From an uncultured Planctomycetota bacterium (GTDB lineage: Bacteria; Planctomycetota; Planctomycetia; Pirellulales; Lacipirellulaceae): a DNA stretch of 64,000 bases. Below, piece by piece: positions 40,805 to 51,568 of the stretch. Under the pieces are notes generated by a model, which saw only the letters and a list, made by a program, of their open reading frames with translations, made no database searches and was not told where the DNA came from. The position numbers and the translations under genes were made by a program. Each line of letters begins with the position of its first letter. Positions within the stretch are counted from its first letter, which is position 1. The stretch is from the NCBI GenBank assembly GCA_963719315.1, contig CAVRBU010000002.1:160001-224000 (forward strand), given 5' to 3'.

Positions 40805-41473
40805 ATGGCCACGATCATTCGCAAAGACAGCCCACGTGAAACGGCATCCGGCCGCGCGCCGCAAGCCGTCTCGTTCAGCTTCGCCGATATGCGCGGTCAG
40901 GCAAACGACTACCTGGGCACCGTGCGGGCCGAGGCGGCGAAGATCGTACAGCAGGCCCATCAACAAGCCGAACAGATTCGGCGGCAGGCCGAGGTCGCCG
41001 GTCGTAAGGCGGCCGAAGCGGCCGCTGAATGCGTGCTCGACGAAAAAGTCGGTAAACGGATGCAAACGCTTTTGCCCGCGTTGGAGCGGTTGGTAAGCGA
41101 AATCAACGACACGAAAGGTCAGCTACTCGCGCATTGGGAGCAATCTGCGGTGAAAGTCTCATCGGCCATCGCCGAGCGGATCATCCGTCGAGAACTGGCT
41201 CACGAGCCGAACATTACGCTCGACTTAGTTGCGGAATCACTGCGATTGGCGATGGGAGCTGCCGAAATCACGCTGCACGTAAACCCAACCGACTACGAAA
41301 ACCTGGGCTCACAAATCAAACGCCTGGCGGTATCGCTTGCACAACTCACGCCAAACGAGATTGTCGCCGATCCGAGCATCAGCCCCGGCGGATGCCGTGT
41401 CGAAACCAGGTTCGGCGAAATCGACCAGCAAATCGAATCGCAACTGCGGCGGATTGAAGAAGAGTTGGCGTAA
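40805..41473 (+). CDS. fliH: Flagellar assembly protein FliH
   Basis: AAKIVQQA repeats, LHVNPTD, ADPSISPGGCRVETRFGEID. Confidence 0.9.
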   Translation: MATIIRKDSPRETASGRAPQAVSFSFADMRGQANDYLGTVRAEAAKIVQQAHQQAEQIRRQAEVAGRKAAEAAAECVLDEKVGKRMQTLLPALERLVSEINDTKGQLLAHWEQSAVKVSSAIAERIIRRELAHEPNITLDLVAESLRLAMGAAEITLHVNPTDYENLGSQIKRLAVSLAQLTPNEIVADPSISPGGCRVETRFGEIDQQIESQLRRIEEELA

Positions 41474-41501
41474 CTAACAAAAGAATTTTTAAAACACTGG
41501 T

Positions 41502-42883
41502 ATGGAAGCCACGCTGCTCGACAACCTGAACTCGACCATGACGGCGTCGCTCTCCGGCACCGTTGCGGAAACGATTGGCATGACTGTGTCGGTTGCCGAT
41601 TTTCCGGCGCCGATCGGTGCCGTCGTGCGGATCGACCGCGACGGCGACGACGCCTGCGACGGCGAAGTTGTCGGCTTTCGCGATGGCCAGACACTGGTCT
41701 ATTTGCAGTCGGCCACCACCGGCGTGCGGCGCGGCAATCGTGTGCGAATGAAACGCACTTATCGAACGCTCAAAGTCGGTCCAGCGTTATTGGGACGAGT
41801 AATCGACGCTCACGGCCAATGTATTGACGGCCGGCCGGGACCAATGCTATCGGATCGCGTGCGTATCGACCGATTGCCGCCTGCGGCCACCGAGCGGCCA
41901 AGAATTCGTGAGCCGCTCGCCACCGGCGTGCATGCGATCGATTCGCTGCTCACCTGCGGCAGAGGCCAACGATTGGGTATTTTTGCGGGCTCCGGCGTGG
42001 GCAAGAGCGTGCTCATGGGAATGATGAGCCGCTACACGAATGCCGACATCATCGTCACCGGGTTAATCGGCGAGCGCGGCCGTGAAGTCAATGAATTTTT
42101 GGAACGCGATCTTGGTGCCGAGGGAATGAAACGCAGCGTCGTTGTAGTCGCGACGAGCAATGAATCAGCGCTCACGCGCGTTCAGGCCGCGTTGACCGCA
42201 ACGGCCGTCGCCGAGTATTTCCGCGACCAAGGCAAGCAAGTGCTGCTGCTCATGGACTCGGTGACTCGCTTCGCAATGGCGCAACGCGAAATCGGTCTGG
42301 CCGCGGGCGAGCCCCCGGCGACTCGTGGCTATCCGCCTTCGATGTTCGCGCTCTTACCGCGACTAGTCGAGCGGGCCGGGCAGAGGCGCAGGGCAGCATA
42401 ACAGCCTTTTACACCGTGCTCGTCGAAGGTGACGACGAAAACGAACCAGTAGCCGATGCCATGCGCGGTTTGCTCGATGGCCACGTGTGGCTTTCGCGGA
42501 AGTTGGCGGGCCGCGGACACTACCCGGCGATCGATGTAATGGCCAGCATCAGCCGCGTGATGAAAGACATCATTACACCGCAACATCAAGCGGCAGCGCT
42601 CACGATTCGGCAGCTTCTAGCGGCCCATGCCGAAAACGAAGACTTGCTCTCGATCGGCGCCTATCGCCGCGGCAGCAATCGTAGCGTGGATGTGGCCGTT
42701 GAAATGCGCGAAGCAATCGAGGAGTTGCTGCGGCAATCGGTGGATTCCGCTTTGCCTTACGACCAGGTCGTAGAGCAGTTGACGACTCTAGCAGATCTAT
42801 GTCAGACGAAGCTCGCGGCGACGGCGGCGGTCAATGCGCCCTTGGCTCCGGCTGGTGGCGCGGCCGGACTCCGCGTTAGTTAG
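41502..42883 (+). CDS. fliI: Flagellar export ATPase FliI, split by a -1 frameshift near 42385
   Basis: GQRLGIFAGSGVGKS, GERGREV, MDSVTRFAMAQRE, ERAG/GSITAFYTVLVEGDD, YPAID. Confidence 0.93.
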
Positions 42884-42945
42884 TAACTAAAAAGCAACTC
42901 GATGTGCAATAGCGGGAAGTCAACCAAAAAAGCTGATATACGAGA

Positions 42946-43404
42946 ATGGCGAAATACAAGTTTCGACTCGAAACACTGCAGAAAGTCCGCGAGGCGCGTC
43001 GCGACGAACAGCGCACTTCGCTGGCCGAGGCGTTTCGCGCCGAACAGGTGTTGGCCGAAAGCCGGACGGAAGTGGCGGCTGAAACAGAACAACTGCGGAT
43101 CCTGCAACGGACGGCGACAGCCGGCCAATACACCAACGTAAACCAACTGCTGGAAGCACAACGCTACGAACTATTGCTCAAAGCACGCAGCCAGGAACTC
43201 ACGAAACAGGCCATCCTGCTAGCGGCCGAAACGGAGCGACGCCGTCAAATGTTAGTCGAGGCCGATCGCGAAGTCCGCGTGCTGGAATTGCTCGATGAAC
43301 GGCACCAAAGTGAATTCATGAAAGAGCAGCAGCGGCAGGAAACGAAACAACTTGACGAAATCGCCGCCAATGGCTGGCTCGGCGATCGCTGGGCGGCACA
43401 ATGA
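42946..43404 (+). CDS. fliJ: Flagellar export protein FliJ
   Basis: KYKFRLETLQKVR...LVEADREVRVLELL...QLDE. Confidence 0.9.
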   Translation: MAKYKFRLETLQKVREARRDEQRTSLAEAFRAEQVLAESRTEVAAETEQLRILQRTATAGQYTNVNQLLEAQRYELLLKARSQELTKQAILLAAETERRRQMLVEADREVRVLELLDERHQSEFMKEQQRQETKQLDEIAANGWLGDRWAAQ

Positions 43405-44090
43405 GCAAACTCATCGACATCCTGTTCAGTTTGATCGCGTACGTGTGCGTGGCGACGGTGATCACGCTTGCGCTCGTGCTGGGGTATTTGTGGCACAGCG
43501 ACCAATTGACGAACGACAAGGTGTTCCGCTTGCTCGCTGTGATGCAGGACATCGATCTACAACAAATGGCCGCAGCCGAAAACAAGTCGCCCAACGAAGT
43601 GCCGCCGGCCGAGCCGTCGCTCAACGAAGTGATGCACCACCAGCAAGTGCAAGACCGCAACTTCGAGGTGAAACAGCTCGCCCTGCAGCGTGGCAAACAG
43701 GACTACGACAACGCACTCCAAAAGTTGAACGTAAAAATCGATCGCTACGATCGGGTAGCGCAGGAATGGCAGAGTCGATTGAAACAGGAGCAAGAAATAA
43801 CGAACCAACAAAACGTGGCCAAGGTCGTCAGCCAACTCGAACAGGTCAGCCCCGAAGTGGGCAAAGATCAACTCCGGAAGTGGATCGCCGAAAAGAAAAT
43901 GGATGATGCAATCATGCTGATGAGCAAAATGTCCGAGAACAAACTGGCGAAAATCCTCAAAACATTCGAAACGGATGAAGAGCTCACGCAGTTGCACGAA
44001 ATTCACGAACGAATCTTGAGCAGCGGGGCGACCAACTCGAAGTTGGAACAAGCGTTAGGCGAGCTCGACGCGGTGGATGGCAAGAAGTGA
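43401..44090 (+). CDS. MotE/FlbB-like membrane-anchored coiled-coil flagellar protein
   Basis: N-terminal TM, coiled coil, C-terminal MgtE-N-like helices (IMLMSKMSENKLAKIL); lies between fliJ and fliK. Confidence 0.6.
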   Translation: MSKLIDILFSLIAYVCVATVITLALVLGYLWHSDQLTNDKVFRLLAVMQDIDLQQMAAAENKSPNEVPPAEPSLNEVMHHQQVQDRNFEVKQLALQRGKQDYDNALQKLNVKIDRYDRVAQEWQSRLKQEQEITNQQNVAKVVSQLEQVSPEVGKDQLRKWIAEKKMDDAIMLMSKMSENKLAKILKTFETDEELTQLHEIHERILSSGATNSKLEQALGELDAVDGKK

Positions 44091-44117
44091 CCGACCAGCA
44101 TCAAAGTCGGGTTTAGT

Positions 44118-45734
44118 ATGAGCCAAACCAATACCGATTTTCTGTTGCAAGTGATCGCGCAAACCGCGGATCGTGCCCCCAGCACGGCGCGAACGGGCGG
44201 CGACTCGGCAGGCTTTGACAACCATCTGAGCCAGGCCTCGGCGTCCGTCTTCGACGTGGTGCGCCCCTTCAATCGCAATGATACGGCGCCAAGCTTTGCG
44301 ACATCCGATCATCGGCCGGACCGGTCGAGCTATGATTCACCTGTGAGCGACGCGAATTCGAGGCCGAGCGATACGGCGAAGCCACCCATTGAAACTACTT
44401 GCAATTCAACAGGCTCACCGTCAAGCTCCACGCAGCCGTGCCGTAACGCCGACGAGACGGAAAACGCGACTAACGACAGCGGCGATGAACATCGCGATAA
44501 GGACCCGGCAAACGAAGAACTAGGGACTGGGCTCGCCGGCGCAGCACAGGCTACTGCTAAAGAGACCACCAAATCCGACGCTTCGACGACACGTGAAGAC
44601 GAACGCCACGCGACAAAGCCATTGAAAGACCAGGCCGTAAAAGAAGCCGCTGAGTCTTTGGCCCAACATAGAGCGAGGACCGACAAAGCATCTGAAGAAG
44701 CCGATGCGAAGAAAATCAATGCTAAGGCCACATTAGAGGCGACGACGGATGAGCAGCCTGCGAGTGAAGCCGCAGCTTATTCGGAAGGCGGCATAAAGGC
44801 GACCGACAAGGCAAAGCACGGAGAACTCACAGAAGCGGTTCACGCTGCGACCGTAGCGAAGGGCGCAGTGCAAAGCGAAGAACCAGCGGAGAAAGGTAAT
44901 ACGGCGAAAGATGCCGATGTGCCAGTTCACGCAGAGGGTAAGCCAGTTTCTGCGACTGCAAAACGGGCGGCTGGCTCCGCCGAACAAGACAAATCGTCCG
45001 ACGATGATTCTCGAAGAAGTGCAAAGGCGACTACCCTTGCAATCGATCGCAACGATGTGGGAGCAATCACCAACAATCCAAACAAGTCTTCCGTCGCAGC
45101 CGTCTTGGCCAATATCGCTGATTCATCCAAGGACGGCGGCGCATCAAAAGATTCAAGCGAAAAAGTCGCCAAACAAATTGCGGCGAAGACCGAATCAGCA
45201 GTCGGACCGCTCGGCCGCGCCTTACGATCGACGATCGAAGGCACCCGCGGCGGCCGCCTCACTGGCGCCGATGAAACTCCTCAGGTGGATCCGGCCCGGT
45301 TTGTCGGCCGCGTAGCCAAGGCGTTTCACACGGCCCACGAACGGGGCGGCACGTTGCAATTGCGGCTCAGCCCACCGGAGCTTGGCGCATTAAGGATTCA
45401 GCTCACCGTGAAAGACGGCGTCATGTCTGCGTCCTTGGAAACGGATAACGCCAGCGCACGGCGAGTTCTGTTAGACCATCTGCCGATGCTCCGCGATCGC
45501 CTGGCCGAGCAAAACATCCGCGTCGACCGATTCGACGTGGATGTGCGGCAGGAAAACTCGGGCGGCCAAGCGAACCCGCACGGATCAAATCAGCATCCGC
45601 ATCAACCGCAGCCTGAACGAGCGGAGCCGCGGCGATTCGCGAACGCTCAGAAGCGCGCATCGGAAACCGAATTGCCAATACCGCAGACGGCTGCGGCTCG
45701 GATGACCAACAACGAGATCAATTTGGTGATTTAG
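44118..45734 (+). CDS. fliK: Flagellar hook-length control protein FliK
   Basis: Low-complexity N-terminus; LRLSPPELGALRI...LPMLRDRLAEQNI C-terminal domain. Confidence 0.92.
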   Translation: MSQTNTDFLLQVIAQTADRAPSTARTGGDSAGFDNHLSQASASVFDVVRPFNRNDTAPSFATSDHRPDRSSYDSPVSDANSRPSDTAKPPIETTCNSTGSPSSSTQPCRNADETENATNDSGDEHRDKDPANEELGTGLAGAAQATAKETTKSDASTTREDERHATKPLKDQAVKEAAESLAQHRARTDKASEEADAKKINAKATLEATTDEQPASEAAAYSEGGIKATDKAKHGELTEAVHAATVAKGAVQSEEPAEKGNTAKDADVPVHAEGKPVSATAKRAAGSAEQDKSSDDDSRRSAKATTLAIDRNDVGAITNNPNKSSVAAVLANIADSSKDGGASKDSSEKVAKQIAAKTESAVGPLGRALRSTIEGTRGGRLTGADETPQVDPARFVGRVAKAFHTAHERGGTLQLRLSPPELGALRIQLTVKDGVMSASLETDNASARRVLLDHLPMLRDRLAEQNIRVDRFDVDVRQENSGGQANPHGSNQHPHQPQPERAEPRRFANAQKRASETELPIPQTAAARMTNNEINLVI

Positions 45735-45793
45735 GAACCGTCACAAACGAACTCTCCCCTAACCTCTCCTTTAAAGGGATTGGAAATCGAATC

Positions 45794-46618
45794 ATGGCCG
45801 GAATTACAGCTACTTCATCCTCTTCGTCGACCTCGAACAAAAGTTCGGCCTCGACCGCCGATGCGATCAACGATCTCGATTTGGGTGATTTTCTGAACCT
45901 GATGATCAAGGAGCTTCAGAACCAAGACCCGCTGAATCCGTTGGACAACAAGGACATGCTGGCTCAGATCAGCCAAATCCGGCAAGTTGGTTCAACGGAC
46001 AAGCTAACGCAAACGCTCGATTCCGTGCTCCTTGGTCAAAACATTTCAAGTGCCACGAATTTGATCGGCGCTCAGGTTTCGGCGCTCTCGGACGACGGCG
46101 AAAAGGTGAACGGCATCGTCGATCGAATTTCCATCGACAAAGGCACGCCGAAGTTGCACGTCGAGAACCCGGCGGACGTCGTGCCATCGACCGCCTCAGA
46201 CGGTGAAGTGGAAGCCGGAAAGTATAGCTATCGCGTCGTCTGGCCGGATGACAAGGGCAACCTCATTGGACTCGATTTTTCCGGCGACAAAGCGATCACC
46301 ACGACGGGCACCGCGGACAAAGACAAAGCGATTACGATTCAGAATTTGCCGGCCACCTCGACGCAGAAGCAGGTATACCGCACCGATAAAACGGGCGAGG
46401 GCGCCTATCAACTCGTGGGCACGATCACGAACGGCAAACAAGGCTCGTTTGTCGACAAGCTTGCAGACAGTGATCGCAACGGCGCGCGATTGACGAGCGA
46501 CTTTTCGCGGTCGGCGATCGTCGCACGCTCGTACGAGGTGAGTCTCAACAATATTTCCGAGATCCAACCGCCGGCGCTGGCTGCGTCGAGCCTTACCGAT
46601 TTACCGACCGACAAATAA
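45794..46618 (+). CDS. flgD: Flagellar hook capping protein FlgD with an inserted domain
   Basis: FLNLMIKELQNQDPLNPLDN..LAQISQ; NLIGAQV. Confidence 0.93.
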   Translation: MAGITATSSSSSTSNKSSASTADAINDLDLGDFLNLMIKELQNQDPLNPLDNKDMLAQISQIRQVGSTDKLTQTLDSVLLGQNISSATNLIGAQVSALSDDGEKVNGIVDRISIDKGTPKLHVENPADVVPSTASDGEVEAGKYSYRVVWPDDKGNLIGLDFSGDKAITTTGTADKDKAITIQNLPATSTQKQVYRTDKTGEGAYQLVGTITNGKQGSFVDKLADSDRNGARLTSDFSRSAIVARSYEVSLNNISEIQPPALAASSLTDLPTDK

Positions 46619-46708
46619 CCGTTAATTGCACGTCAGCCTTTCCAGGCTGACCCACCAACCACAGCCAGGCTGCAAAGCCTGCCACACATTCTTGGGGAGG
46701 AGAAAACG

Positions 46709-49147
46709 ATGGGACTGCAATCCGCCATGACGACGGCCCTCACGGGCCTGCAAGCTGCCGAAACGACGATCGACGTCGTGGGCAACAACGTCGCCAATTC
46801 GAACACGGTCGGCTTCAAGGAGTCGAACGTGTTATTCGCCACGCAATTCCTGCAAACGCAAAGCATCGGCTCGGCGCCCAACGCGTCGAATGGTGGCACG
46901 AACCCCCGCCAGATCGGTCTCGGTGTGACTGTGGCGGAAATCGCGCCCGACTTCACGCAAGGTACGATCCAAGTCAGCGCCAATCCGCTGGACCTCGCCA
47001 TCCAAGGCGACGGTTTTTTCATCGTGCAAGGCTCCGGCGGCGGCAGTCAGGAGTATTACACGCGCACCGGTCAATTCAAAACGAATGCCATCAATGAACT
47101 CACGACGGCCACCGGCAACCGCGTACTCGGTTATGGAGTGAACGACGAATTCGTAATCGATACGAACCAGATCGTGCCGCTTACGATTCCCTTCGGCGGC
47201 TCCGCCATTGCGCAAGAGACCAACAATGTCTACCTGACCGGCAACCTGCTACCGCTACCGGAGGGCATCGCGCATCAACCCGGCGTGATCGATTCCGTGG
47301 TGCTCAGCGACAATTCGATTGAAATCCCCGGCAACATTGGCGTGGGAGATGTGCAACAGGTGGCGACCCCGCCGGCTGGCGCCGCCGCCGCGCAGGGCGT
47401 GGGCACCGGCTCGGTCGGACAGGGCACGTACAGCTATCGCATCGCGTTCGTCGATCCGACAGCCATCGCGGGGCACGACGAAGGTCCAGCTTCGATTGCA
47501 TTCGGCGCAATCAGCATTCCGGCGGCGGGCACGGACTCCATTTCGCTGACTGGCCTGCCGACGTCGACCGACCCAACCGTATTCACGATGAAGCGGCTGT
47601 ATCGAATCGATACGAGCGATCCAAGCGGCGTATATCAGCTCGTCGCCCAAATGAATGAAAACGTGACGACCTATAACGACCAGGCTGCTACTGCGTCTCT
47701 CGGGCCCGAAACGCTCAACACGGATAGTGTCAACAAGACGAACTACAACTATTTCATCACGTTTACCGCCCCGGGCCTCGAAAGCCGGCCGACAAATGAA
47801 TCGGCGACGATGTCGGTCTCCGTCGACAACCAGCGCATCCGGCTCGAAAACATACCGCAGCCGGAGCCAGGTTCGCAATTTACCAATATCCGCATCTATC
47901 GCAACGTCAATGGACAACCCGGCAATTATTATCTGGTCGACGAAGTCCCAACGGGAACGACCGCCTACATCGACAACGCGCCGGACGCCGTTATTCTCAA
48001 TCCGACCAATCTTCTCGATCGCAACGGGCCGCCCGTTAACACCGGCCTGCCACTCGTGGATGTGTCGACATTCGACGGTGCGAGCTACGTGAACCTGTTC
48101 CAACCCGGCACATTACAGTTCACCGGTAGCAAAGGCGCCACGGGTGGACTGGACCTCGCGCCGAAAGAGCTCGCGATTACGACTTCGACAACAGTTGCCG
48201 ATTTGATCATGTTCATGCAGCAATCGCTCGGCATCCTAACATCGTCGCCTGACCCAGATCATCCAATCACCGGGAATCCCGGTGGAACTTTGACGGGCGA
48301 TAGCCGGATCCAGTTCGAATCGAACGACGGCATCGCGAACGCGGTCAGCGTAAAACCATCGGCCTTCCGCTTGATCACCGCGGGTGGTACCCCTCAATCA
48401 ATACCACTCGCGTTTTCGACGACGCAAGTAGCCGACGGAACCGGTTCGTCTTCGGAAATGATCGCTTACGACAGTTTGGGCATTCCGATGACGGTACGTC
48501 TAACGACCGTGCTCGAATCGACGAGTAACGGCGTGACCACCTATCGTTGGTACGCAACTTCTCCGGATAACGAACCGTCGAGTGGCGTCGACACGAATGT
48601 CGGCACCGGGTTGATTACCTTCAGCGGCACCGGACAATTCATTTCCGCTACCGATAATACAGTTTCAATTCAGCGACTCGATGTGGCATCGAACACGCCC
48701 GTCACGTTCGACTTGGATTTCGGGCAGATCACCGCGCTGAGCACAAACAATTCGGGTATTAAAGTTTCGAGCCAGGATGGTTTCGCCGCCGGTACGCTGG
48801 CGAGCTTTTCGTTCACCGAAACCGGCCGAATCAAAGGCGTGTATACAAATGGTGTGACGCGCGATCTCGGACAAATGCTGATGGCGCGGTTCGCCAACAG
48901 CGGAGGTCTGCAGCAGATCGGCGACAATCTTTGGGCCCAAGGAGTCAACTCCGGTGAGCCCTTGCGCGATATTCCGGGCACGAACGGCATCGGTTCGCTC
49001 ACCTCCGGCGCGGTTGAACTCTCAAATACGGACATTGGCCAGAATCTGATCGACTTGATCCTGGCCTCGACGCAATACCGCGGCGGCACGCGGGTGATCA
49101 CATCGGCGCAGCAATTGCTCGATGAACTATTGAATTTGCGGAGATAA
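46709..49147 (+). CDS. flgE: Flagellar hook protein FlgE (812 aa, two inserted domains)
   Basis: IDVVGNNVANSNTVGFK, LDLAIQGDGFF, YTRTGQF, GAVELSNTD, LLNLRR. Confidence 0.95.
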   Translation: MGLQSAMTTALTGLQAAETTIDVVGNNVANSNTVGFKESNVLFATQFLQTQSIGSAPNASNGGTNPRQIGLGVTVAEIAPDFTQGTIQVSANPLDLAIQGDGFFIVQGSGGGSQEYYTRTGQFKTNAINELTTATGNRVLGYGVNDEFVIDTNQIVPLTIPFGGSAIAQETNNVYLTGNLLPLPEGIAHQPGVIDSVVLSDNSIEIPGNIGVGDVQQVATPPAGAAAAQGVGTGSVGQGTYSYRIAFVDPTAIAGHDEGPASIAFGAISIPAAGTDSISLTGLPTSTDPTVFTMKRLYRIDTSDPSGVYQLVAQMNENVTTYNDQAATASLGPETLNTDSVNKTNYNYFITFTAPGLESRPTNESATMSVSVDNQRIRLENIPQPEPGSQFTNIRIYRNVNGQPGNYYLVDEVPTGTTAYIDNAPDAVILNPTNLLDRNGPPVNTGLPLVDVSTFDGASYVNLFQPGTLQFTGSKGATGGLDLAPKELAITTSTTVADLIMFMQQSLGILTSSPDPDHPITGNPGGTLTGDSRIQFESNDGIANAVSVKPSAFRLITAGGTPQSIPLAFSTTQVADGTGSSSEMIAYDSLGIPMTVRLTTVLESTSNGVTTYRWYATSPDNEPSSGVDTNVGTGLITFSGTGQFISATDNTVSIQRLDVASNTPVTFDLDFGQITALSTNNSGIKVSSQDGFAAGTLASFSFTETGRIKGVYTNGVTRDLGQMLMARFANSGGLQQIGDNLWAQGVNSGEPLRDIPGTNGIGSLTSGAVELSNTDIGQNLIDLILASTQYRGGTRVITSAQQLLDELLNLRR

Positions 49148-49163
49148 ATCGCCCCGCGCTCGC

Positions 49164-49191
49164 GTAGCTGAATTCGCAAGAATTCAGCTAC
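49164..49191. repeat. REP-like hairpin after flgE (GTAGCTGAATTC family)
   Basis: GTAGCTGAATTCGCAAGAATTCAGCTAC. Confidence 0.75.
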
Positions 49192-49317
49192 CAATAATCC
49201 GTTCCTCCACGTGCGCCAGCGTAAGCTACCTTTGCAAAATGCCGCCGTGCTCTCGTTGTGCGTGCGGTTCGATTGCAACCAGGGTACGCATTGTACCAGT
49301 TAGTGGAGGCTCGCCCC

Positions 49318-49911
49318 GTGGCCGACGCACAAGTAGAACAGCCAGAACCAGAAACGCCCGCCGAAGCGCCGAAGCGAAAAAGCCGAGGAATGCTACGCGT
49401 GGTGAAGGCCGTAGCGTTTGTATCGGTCATCGTGGTCGTGCAAATTGTCGTCGCCTCGATGCTAGCACCCTCGACGAAGGACACGGAGAAACTTGCCCAA
49501 AAACTAGTGGCTGCGTCGCACGGCAAGGCAGAGGCCGGCCAAGAAGAGAGTGGGAACAAGCCCGAGGCCTCTGAATCGCTTAACGAGGAAGACCTGCACG
49601 AAGTGGAGCTCGGCACGTACAACGTCACGCGATTTAATCCCGCGACAAACACCACGCTGGCAATCGATTTCGAAGTGTTCGGCACCGTGCTAGCGAACGA
49701 TGCCGCCGAATTCGAGCATCGCTTCGAAAAAAGCAATGCCCGCATTCGCGAGCAAATTACACTGACCATGCACGGCGCCGATTCGGCCGACCTGACCGAC
49801 GCCGGGTTGGGGTTGATTAAACGGCAGATATTGGAGAAAACCAACCGCGCGTTGGGCCAGCCGCTGCTCAAGGAAGTGCTGTTCAGCAAGTTCAATTTCG
49901 TGGAGCGGTAA
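49318..49911 (+). CDS. fliL: Flagellar basal body-associated protein FliL
   Basis: GGAGG then GTG; single TM; RIREQI...GLGLIKRQILEKTN...VLFSKF. Confidence 0.85.
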   Translation: MADAQVEQPEPETPAEAPKRKSRGMLRVVKAVAFVSVIVVVQIVVASMLAPSTKDTEKLAQKLVAASHGKAEAGQEESGNKPEASESLNEEDLHEVELGTYNVTRFNPATNTTLAIDFEVFGTVLANDAAEFEHRFEKSNARIREQITLTMHGADSADLTDAGLGLIKRQILEKTNRALGQPLLKEVLFSKFNFVER

Positions 49912-49915
49912 TCAC

Positions 49916-49967
49916 GTGGCCGCGTCTCTCCGAGACGCGACTTAGAGTTTCGGGAAAACTCGACTAC
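49916..49967. repeat. Degenerate REP doublet between fliL and fliN
   Basis: CGCGTCTCTCCGAGACGCG and GAGTTTCGGGAAAACTCGACTAC. Confidence 0.55.
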
Positions 49968-49989
49968 GAACAAGTAAGAATGGATTCCG

Positions 49990-50472
49990 ATGCCGGACGA
50001 GCCGCAACAACTTGGGACCGAAGAAGCCGCGCAACTGATGGGCGGCGCCCAGGCGGTGGACGATGCCGCGGCAGTGTCCAAGGTCGATCAAGCCAGCATC
50101 GATTCCTTGCTCAGTGAGGCACAGTCGGCGCTGTCGTCACTCGATGAGCCACAGGCGTCGTTGCCTCCCGGCGTGAAAGCGTTTGAATTCAAGGATTTGT
50201 ACGGCGCTCAGGCCGCAAATGAGCAAGCCAGCCTGGATCTGCTTCACGATGTTCAACTCGATCTTAAGATCGAGCTGGGCCGAACACAGATGCATCTCGA
50301 AGAGGTGCTCCGCTTGAAACAGGGCGCCGTTGTCACGCTCGATAAGCTGGCGGGTGATCCGGTCGACATCTACGCCAACGGCCGGCTGATCGCGCGCGGC
50401 GAAGTGCTCGTGCTCAACGACAATTTCTGCGTGCGTGTCGCCGAGCTAATCGCTGGCGACGGAGCCAACTAG
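49990..50472 (+). CDS. fliN: Flagellar motor switch protein FliN
   Basis: [17 protein letters not shown]...[23 protein letters not shown]. Confidence 0.95.
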   Translation: MPDEPQQLGTEEAAQLMGGAQAVDDAAAVSKVDQASIDSLLSEAQSALSSLDEPQASLPPGVKAFEFKDLYGAQAANEQASLDLLHDVQLDLKIELGRTQMHLEEVLRLKQGAVVTLDKLAGDPVDIYANGRLIARGEVLVLNDNFCVRVAELIAGDGAN

Positions 50473-50501
50473 CGCACCCACTACGTTAACCCCCTGATCG
50501 C

Positions 50502-50560
50502 AGCCCGCAGCGCAAGCAATGGTTTTGTGCGCCGCCGCTCCTTTGCTTGCGCTGCAAGCT
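50502..50560. repeat. Hairpin (AGCCCGCAGC family), copy 2
   Basis: AGCCCGCAGCGCAAGCAA ... TTGCTTGCGCTGCAAGCT. Confidence 0.65.
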
Positions 50561-50720
50561 TCAATCATTCTTTGATTCGACTTTGCCCTGGCTCAATTCG
50601 GGCCATCATTCTATAAGCTACCACCGCGCAATCGCTGCGCACTCTTCTTAGTCCTTCTCTTCGCTGGCATTCGGAGGCGGCGGCCCCAAACCGACCGTCT
50701 ATCAATTCATGTTGCGATCC

Positions 50721-51568
50721 ATGAGATTTGCTGCGCTCAGTCTGCCCGCGATGTTGCTCGCCGCGCCGCTCGCCGGTCAAACGACGCCCGCGCCTCCAGA
50801 TTGGCAGGACGGCCGCGGCGCATCGGTGTACGTGGAAACGAACCAACACCCTCCTGTGAGCAGCGGCCCAAACGATACAGAGCGCTATGCTCGCGCAGCC
50901 AACCGGTGGAGATCGATCCCCCGGTCACAGCCACGCCGGTGGCGATGCCAAAGTTCGATTCCGCGGTCGTACCTGCCGTTCATGAAGCGCCCGCGACTGA
51001 AAGTGAATCGTCCGCGCGACGACTGGCGCCGCCTACCAACCGGAGCGAATTGCCGTCGGAGCAAAGCGGGCATTCGAGCGCAGCGGCGCATCGAATGTTG
51101 GACTTCGGCTTCCCCGCTCAGTCGATGTACACAATCGTCACTGCACTCGCCATCGTCATCGGAGCGTTTCTCCTGTTCGCATGGGCGTTACGACGTAGCA
51201 GCAAAAACGCCGGCGGGCGACGCGGCATGTTACCGACCGACGCGGTAAGCGTGCTCGGTCGCGTGCCCCTCGCCGCCCGCCAATTCGCCGAACTCTTGCG
51301 CGTCGGCAACAAGCTTGTACTTGTGGCACTTACGCCCAATGGCCCTACCCCGCTAACGGAAGTCACCGACCCCGTGGAAGTTGATCGCCTGGTTGGACTG
51401 TGCCAGCAATTCGACCCACACAGTACAACGAAGGCGTTCGAACAAGTCTTCCAGCAACTATCGAGCGATCCGACCGCCGGAGGTTTCCTGGGCGGCGAAC
51501 CATTGCCGCAGTCGCTCTCGTCGGCGGCCTCGGCCTATCGCAGTCATCGAGGAGCCGCGCGTGTTTAG
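50721..51568 (+). CDS. fliO: FliO with an N-terminal signal peptide, probable -1 frameshift near 50880-50905
   Basis: TM segment + [25 protein letters not shown] in the frame ending at 51568; signal peptide [19 protein letters not shown] in another frame. Confidence 0.75.

Noticed and set aside
45752..45782. CCTCTCCC-type hairpin remnant before flgD
   Set aside because: Single degenerate occurrence; cannot be supported as a repeat
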